Source: Hyphomicrobiaceae bacterium (GTDB lineage Bacteria > Pseudomonadota > Alphaproteobacteria > Rhizobiales > HXMU1428-3). From it: a DNA stretch of 56,357 nt. The DNA is taken from contig JAJFHF010000109.1 of NCBI GenBank assembly GCA_021775775.1, positions 1 to 56,357 of the forward strand, in the 5' to 3' direction. Below the pieces are notes generated by a model. The model worked only from the letters and a program-made list of their open reading frames with translations, made no database searches and was not told where the DNA came from. Below, in pieces: positions 51,363 to 56,357 of this stretch. Each line of letters starts with the position of its first letter. The stretch's first letter is position 1. Both the position numbers and the translations under genes were made by a program.

Positions 51363-51640
51363 GACAAATCTAAGGTTCCCCCCTAAAAAGCGCCGAGCGA
51401 ACACGCTCCCCGTCTTCTGCTATGAGTAAACTTGCTTATTCGTCCAAGCCGGTGCATGAAAAGTCCTACAAAAACACTTTTCACGCCATACCATCAATTT
51501 TTGGTGTCATTTATGCCAAAATTTAATGAAATCACTTGTAAACTTACATAACATTGAATTTTAATCATTCAAAAATGTTGAAAAGGGCAGGGTTTGTCTT
51601 TTTCATATCAAGCTTAAAAACGTTTGGACCAAAAGCCTAA

Positions 51641-53083
51641 ATGAAAGACCGCCTGCAACACAAAAGCTGCTTAAAGCAAGCCCACTTAAAGCAAGCTCTG
51701 AGCATCGTCTGCATGACTTTAATGCTGTTCACGGCTCTATCGGCTGATTATCTATATGGCCAATCCAACAATCAACGCGTGATCTCTATCCACAACATTC
51801 ATACCAAAGAAACACTCACAGTAACCTATAAAAAAAATGGCAAATATATCCCCTCAGCCATGAAGAAAATCAACCACATCATGCGTGACTGGCGCCGAAA
51901 TGAAAGCCGCGTCATGCGCAAAGACCTCATTGATCTCATGTGGCAAGTCCATTCCCAAACCGGCTCCAAAAAACCCATCTATCTCATCTCTGGCTATCGC
52001 TCGTTAAAGACCAATAATAAACTTCGTAAAACCCGCGGCGGTCAAGCTAGACGCAGCCGCCATATTTTAGGCATGGCAGCCGACGTTCACTTTCCTGATA
52101 TACCCGTTCGTGAACTACGTGAAACAGCCCTAATTCGTGAGCGCGGCGGTGTCGGCTATTACCCAACATCAGGCCTTCCTTTTGTTCATATGGATGTTGG
52201 CCGGGTTCGTCATTGGCCCCGCGCCACCAGATCACAATTGGCCCGGCTGTTCCCCAAAGGGCGCAGCAAACACATTCCATCAGACGGGCGCCCATTAACC
52301 AAAGCCGATGCCAGGAAATATGGCGCCGCAAAACATATCGCCAAGATGCGCAAAATCCAAATTGCCCGTGCCTTATCCAGAAATCGTGCAAAAGGCACAG
52401 CCATAGCAGCCCTTACCCCTGCAAAACAAAAAACAATTTCGCGAAAAAAACAACCACCTCTCGATCGCTCCGCCCTGGAAAAACGCCTCGCCTCACTAGA
52501 ACCTCAGCCTGACAATAAAGAGGTGAGCAAAAACACAATCATTAAACGAGCAGCGATTATGCCTGAGGCGAAAGCACCAATACAAACGCCAACAAAAGCA
52601 CCGCCCAAATCTCCGTGGTGGCGCGGCCAAACCATCGCCGGTCTGGAACCCCAACACACAAAACTAGAAGAAGAGCACGCCTTAGTTCAACTGGCCTCAA
52701 TCGATACCAGCATGCCAATAAAATGGCAAAGCTTCACAGGACCTAAAAAAACAAAAGTCATTGAACAAAACAACATCGTCCATTCCCCTAAATTTGATGA
52801 AGAACATCCAGAAGAATTAAACTATCGCCCTTTCTCTCTCAGCCCCCTAATGACAGAGCAACCAGTGGCTGAAAATCAAAATTTAGCAAAGCTAAGCCCA
52901 CCAGATTATGCACAAACAAGCGTTATATTAAGCGATAGCTACACGATAAGAAGCGCTCAGTTTCGCCCTGGCCTGCAACATGCAAATATAGTATGGGCAA
53001 CACAATTTGTTGGCTCCGCCCTCCCTGAGGCTGCACCACCCTTACCCAAAAGACGCGGTCATCAGAAGAAACGCAGACGATAA
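51641..53083 (+). CDS. DUF882/YcbK (peptidase M15-like) protein with long C-terminal extension
   Basis: HTKE, RDWRRN, ISGYRS..TN, SRHILGMAAD, GGVGYYP, FVHMDVG.VRHW. Confidence 0.92.
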   Translation: MKDRLQHKSCLKQAHLKQALSIVCMTLMLFTALSADYLYGQSNNQRVISIHNIHTKETLTVTYKKNGKYIPSAMKKINHIMRDWRRNESRVMRKDLIDLMWQVHSQTGSKKPIYLISGYRSLKTNNKLRKTRGGQARRSRHILGMAADVHFPDIPVRELRETALIRERGGVGYYPTSGLPFVHMDVGRVRHWPRATRSQLARLFPKGRSKHIPSDGRPLTKADARKYGAAKHIAKMRKIQIARALSRNRAKGTAIAALTPAKQKTISRKKQPPLDRSALEKRLASLEPQPDNKEVSKNTIIKRAAIMPEAKAPIQTPTKAPPKSPWWRGQTIAGLEPQHTKLEEEHALVQLASIDTSMPIKWQSFTGPKKTKVIEQNNIVHSPKFDEEHPEELNYRPFSLSPLMTEQPVAENQNLAKLSPPDYAQTSVILSDSYTIRSAQFRPGLQHANIVWATQFVGSALPEAAPPLPKRRGHQKKRRR

Positions 53084-53305
53084 ACCAATAAGATCCAAGA
53101 GGCTTCAACCAAAAGCCAACCCGGCACAAAAATGGACAATACCAATCATTTTCTAAAAAAATCAGCTCATTCCTTTGCAATATAGGTCTTTAGCTTGATC
53201 TGGTTACAAGGATTTGGCACTATAGGCTTAAGATTTCACCAAGTATTTAAAAGAGATATCAACAAAAACAACTAACCGTATATTTTATGATAATTTCATG
53301 AGAAT

Positions 53306-53325
53306 GTATTTACGAATGTAAATAC
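53306..53325. promoter_or_regulatory. Palindromic operator candidate upstream of the PQQ-associated genes
   Basis: GTATTTAC-gaat-GTAAATAC perfect inverted repeat about 105 bp before the ATG. Confidence 0.45.
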
Positions 53326-53429
53326 TTAAAAACATCGGAAAACAAATAGAATTAAACAGTATAAAACAATATTTTTTTAAAAAAACCATGTTGTCCACAT
53401 GGTAGTTTCAAAGCAATGGGAGAAACTAT

Positions 53430-54407
53430 ATGAAAAATTTCACCAAGAGCATGGCACTTATTTTTAGCCTCAGCCTCCTTTCAACAACGTCTGCTTCAGC
53501 CTATACCGTTTATATAAGTAATGAAAAAGATGACACCGTTACAATTATTGATAGCAAAACCCTAAAAGTTACAGACACCATTAAAGTGGGACAACGCCCC
53601 CGTGGCATCACCTTGACAAAAGATCAAAAACAACTGCTTGTTTGCGCCAGCGATGATGACACCGTTGAAGTTATTGACCGCCAAACCAAAAAAATTGTTA
53701 AAACCCTCCCATCAGGCCCAGATCCAGAACTTTTCATCCTCCACCCAACAGGAAACCCACTTTATATAGCCAATGAAGATGACAACATGGTCACCGTTGT
53801 TGACATCAAAACCAACAAAGTCTTAAGCGAAATTGGTGTTGGCGTGGAACCAGAAGGCATGGGCATCAGCCCCGATGGCAAAACAATCATCAACACCTCT
53901 GAGACCACCAATATGGTCCATTTCATCGATAGTAAAACTCACGAAATTACCCATAACGTCCTCGTCGATCAACGCCCACGCGTATCTATCTACGGCCCCG
54001 CTGGCAAATATGTTTGGGCATCATCAGAAATTGGCGGCACTGTTAGCATTATCGACGCCAAAACAAAAGAGATAACCAAGAAGATCAGTTTTAAGATCCC
54101 CGGCATTTCTCAAGACACCATCCAACCTGTAGGAATTCAGTTGTTAAAAGATGGCTCAAAAGCTTTTGTGGCATTAGGCCCTTCAAACCGTGTTGCTGTC
54201 ATTAACACCAAAACATATGAAGTTGAAAAATACCTTCTTGTAGGCCAGCGCGTCTGGAATCTTGGCTTCACACCAGATGAAAAACTTATATTCACCACCA
54301 ACGGCATCAGCAACGATGTCTCAGTGATCGACGTCGCAAGCCTCAAAGTCATCAAATCTATCCCTGTTGGCCGTTATCCTTGGGGCGTTGTCATTGCCAA
54401 TGACTAA
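53430..54407 (+). CDS. PQQ-dependent catabolism-associated YVTN beta-propeller protein
   Basis: Signal peptide; YISNEKDDT, GQRPRGI, LPSGPDPE, GVEPEGM, TSETTNM, LVGQRVW, TTNGISND, GRYPWGV. Confidence 0.88.
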   Translation: MKNFTKSMALIFSLSLLSTTSASAYTVYISNEKDDTVTIIDSKTLKVTDTIKVGQRPRGITLTKDQKQLLVCASDDDTVEVIDRQTKKIVKTLPSGPDPELFILHPTGNPLYIANEDDNMVTVVDIKTNKVLSEIGVGVEPEGMGISPDGKTIINTSETTNMVHFIDSKTHEITHNVLVDQRPRVSIYGPAGKYVWASSEIGGTVSIIDAKTKEITKKISFKIPGISQDTIQPVGIQLLKDGSKAFVALGPSNRVAVINTKTYEVEKYLLVGQRVWNLGFTPDEKLIFTTNGISNDVSVIDVASLKVIKSIPVGRYPWGVVIAND

Positions 54408-54565
54408 ATAAAAATTTAGAAACGAAGCTGTGTCCGTTTGCGCCCTCAACAAAGCGCAAAACAACTTGGCACAGCTTCGCTCTGCGAGTAAACTCAACGT
54501 AAATCTTTTCTGGTGCTGTACCCTCATACAGATACAGCCATACGAGTGCAAAAGGCGCGCAAAGA

Positions 54566-55246
54566 ATGCTTCAGATTTGTTTCAAAAAGACATCCCCTCT
54601 TACTGGCCCCCTTACTGGCCTCTTTATGCTCACCCTCAGTGCAGCCATTATTATAACGACCACACCCACGCACGCTTTCAGCGAAGATAAAAATTGGCCG
54701 TGCGCACAAAGAAAAGTTGAAAAGCTCTCTGCCGGTCAGATGTGGCGCGGCAGCCCCGTTGATGTCAAAGACACCAGCTGGCAAACCAATGATAAAATTA
54801 CCGCTCTTACGAAAGAAATTTTACCGCGCCGCATAACACTCGAGCAAACAAATAAAACCATCACAAAATTTGCAAGTGAGAACAAAGACAATCTAGAGCC
54901 CTTAATGAAGCAAACGTTTTTGGCTCTTTTAAATGAAACAAATCAAATACGTAGCGAAATCATCGGCGGCATCGGACGGTTCACCAAACGCCAAAAAGAT
55001 TTAGCCAAACGCATCACAACCAATCGCCAAAAAGTAACCGAGCTAGAAAAGAACGATGAAGACGGCACCCTCACCAAAGAACAAGATAAGCAACTGGTGG
55101 CTCTAGAGCGAAGCCTAGAGTGGGACCAACGCATCCACGAAGAGCGCGAACAATCGCTTGATTTTGTTTGTGAGGCTCCCGTTTTGCTAGAGCAAAGATT
55201 ATTTGCTCTAGCAAAACAACTTAATGCCCCCTTTGAAAAGAAATAA
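54566..55246 (+). CDS. Secreted hypothetical protein of PQQ-alcohol-dehydrogenase gene clusters
   Basis: Signal peptide; WPCAQRKV..LS.GQMW.G, WDQRIHEER..SL.FVCE.PV..EQRLF. Confidence 0.7.
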   Translation: MLQICFKKTSPLTGPLTGLFMLTLSAAIIITTTPTHAFSEDKNWPCAQRKVEKLSAGQMWRGSPVDVKDTSWQTNDKITALTKEILPRRITLEQTNKTITKFASENKDNLEPLMKQTFLALLNETNQIRSEIIGGIGRFTKRQKDLAKRITTNRQKVTELEKNDEDGTLTKEQDKQLVALERSLEWDQRIHEEREQSLDFVCEAPVLLEQRLFALAKQLNAPFEKK

Positions 55247-55290
55247 TTTCAAAACTCTTTTCTAGTGAAAAAAGCAAAACAACCATAGGT

Positions 55291-55692
55291 CTATTTTGTC
55301 GCTTCCTTTAAATCATCCATAGAAATATGATGTATATTTAATTTATTTCCATCAAGATCTCTAAAGTAACCAGCATAAAACCCCTTCATTTCATCGCGAT
55401 AACCAGCAGCCCCCTCATCACTCCCACCCAGTTCCAATGCTTTGGCATAAACCTTATCAACTTGTTCAGTTGAAACAGCACTAAGAGCAATCATAACTCC
55501 ATTGCCAATTGTTGGATGCTTGCCATCAAAAGGTTTGGTAATAGAAAAACCAGCTGAACCATCCTGCTTACCCCAAGCAATATAGCTGTCGAATTCCATA
55601 AACCGCCCTATCCCCATAACCTTAAAAAGTTCATCATAAAACTGAGCTGACTTTTCAAGATCATTCGTCCCAAGTGTTATATAACCAATCAT
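55291..55692 (-). CDS. VOC/glyoxalase family protein
   Basis: MIGYITLGTNDL....FYD, GNG.MIAL, GGSDEG, FYAGYFRDLDGNKL. Confidence 0.93.
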   Translation of the reverse strand: MIGYITLGTNDLEKSAQFYDELFKVMGIGRFMEFDSYIAWGKQDGSAGFSITKPFDGKHPTIGNGVMIALSAVSTEQVDKVYAKALELGGSDEGAAGYRDEMKGFYAGYFRDLDGNKLNIHHISMDDLKEATK

Positions 55693-55742
55693 TTTTATAT
55701 CCTTTTATGAATCCAATTGAAAAAACAGCCTATTTATAAAGG

Positions 55743-55757
55743 TGACAAATTATGTCA
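55743..55757. promoter_or_regulatory. Candidate operator of the WYL regulator
   Basis: TGACA-aatta-TGTCA palindrome in the short divergent VOC/WYL intergenic region. Confidence 0.55.
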
Positions 55758-55767
55758 TATATCTTTA

Positions 55768-56357
55768 ATGGGACAAAAAAATACAACAACAAGATTACAA
55801 AGGCTAGATCAATTAACTAGCCTTTTAAAATCTAGCAATCACAATCTGGTATCAGATTTGGCTAAAAATCTTTGTGTAAGCCCACGCACGATCATGCGTG
55901 ACTTAGACGTCCTGCGAGAAAAAGGTTATCCCATCGAGACAAACCAAGGACGTGGCGGCGGCATCAGGCTACATCGATTATGGGGCTTAGGACGTCTCCA
56001 TCTAAACTACCGCGAAATCATAGACATGCTGTTAAGCTTAGCCATAATGGAAAAATTACACTCCCCTATTTTCCTGGCAAACTCAAAATCTATCCGCAAT
56101 AAAATTTCCGCTTCATTCCCTCAAGAACAACGAGATAGAATCCAAGTTTTAAGAAAAAGAATTCTCATAGGAGAGATCGCTTCACAAACCTTGTTAAACG
56201 ATTTTGAAGTGAGGAAAAACCCACCTGCCAATGCTCTCTACGAAGCATTTTTTGAAATGAAAAATATAAACATCATCTATAAAGACGGCAAAGAAAACAC
56301 CACAAGACGAAAAATAGAACCCCATTATTTATTCTTAAGCTGGCCCATTTGGTACGT
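55768..56357 (+). CDS. HTH-WYL transcriptional regulator (YafY-like), runs off window end
   Basis: Not in the ORF track; hand translation MGQKNTTTRLQRLDQL...LAKNLCVSPRTIMRDLDVLREKGYPIETNQGRGGGIRL... ending IIYKDGKENTTRRKIEPHYLFLSWPIWY. Confidence 0.9.
   Translation, partial: MGQKNTTTRLQRLDQLTSLLKSSNHNLVSDLAKNLCVSPRTIMRDLDVLREKGYPIETNQGRGGGIRLHRLWGLGRLHLNYREIIDMLLSLAIMEKLHSPIFLANSKSIRNKISASFPQEQRDRIQVLRKRILIGEIASQTLLNDFEVRKNPPANALYEAFFEMKNINIIYKDGKENTTRRKIEPHYLFLSWPIWY

Noticed and set aside
53182-53200. TAGGTCTTTAG as a possible response-regulator site for PQQ genes
   Set aside because: Single short instance; I cannot tie it to a defined consensus without a motif search
54596-54620. 12-bp duplication (PLTG-PLTG) in a signal peptide and other short direct repeats near gene starts (e.g. 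48793-48820, 16897-16932)
   Set aside because: Too short; explained by local slippage

Overview
A fairly AT-rich alphaproteobacterial chromosomal segment, probably Hyphomicrobiales (inferred from gene order, CtrA boxes, the serC leader, the 6S RNA context and a RIME/BRU-RS-type repeat). It is mostly core genes. On the minus strand: TIGR00282-yebC-ruvCAB-ybgC-tolQRAB-pal-cpoB-(L,D-transpeptidase)-tilS-ftsH-folP-glmM-2x omp-serC-serA-muiA-like. Then 6S RNA/ygfA, and gap-thiE-like-sel1-efp-suhB-motA/motB-like. The right third is more variable: ABC exporter, MCP-globin fusion, two UDG-family genes, YafK-type Ldt, small secreted proteins, ispE, TPR protein, marC, ETF-QO, moaB, YcbK-like protein, PQQ-catabolism genes, and a VOC/WYL pair. 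I saw no rRNA, tRNA, CRISPR, prophage or transposase. Main items worth a second look: (i) two tiny paralogous lipoproteins between tolB and pal whose shared 16-aa core differs only at synonymous sites; (ii) a possible envelope-tethering module made of these lipoproteins, an inserted L,D-transpeptidase and two Ala-Asp-starting beta-barrels with CxxxC...Lys tails; (iii) a ~125-bp structured dispersed repeat in two copies with compensatory base changes; (iv) a reversed MCP-tip/globin fusion; (v) a catalytically degenerate HD-domain protein; (vi) a candidate CtrA-controlled structured sRNA. All calls come from reading the sequence by eye; no searches were run.
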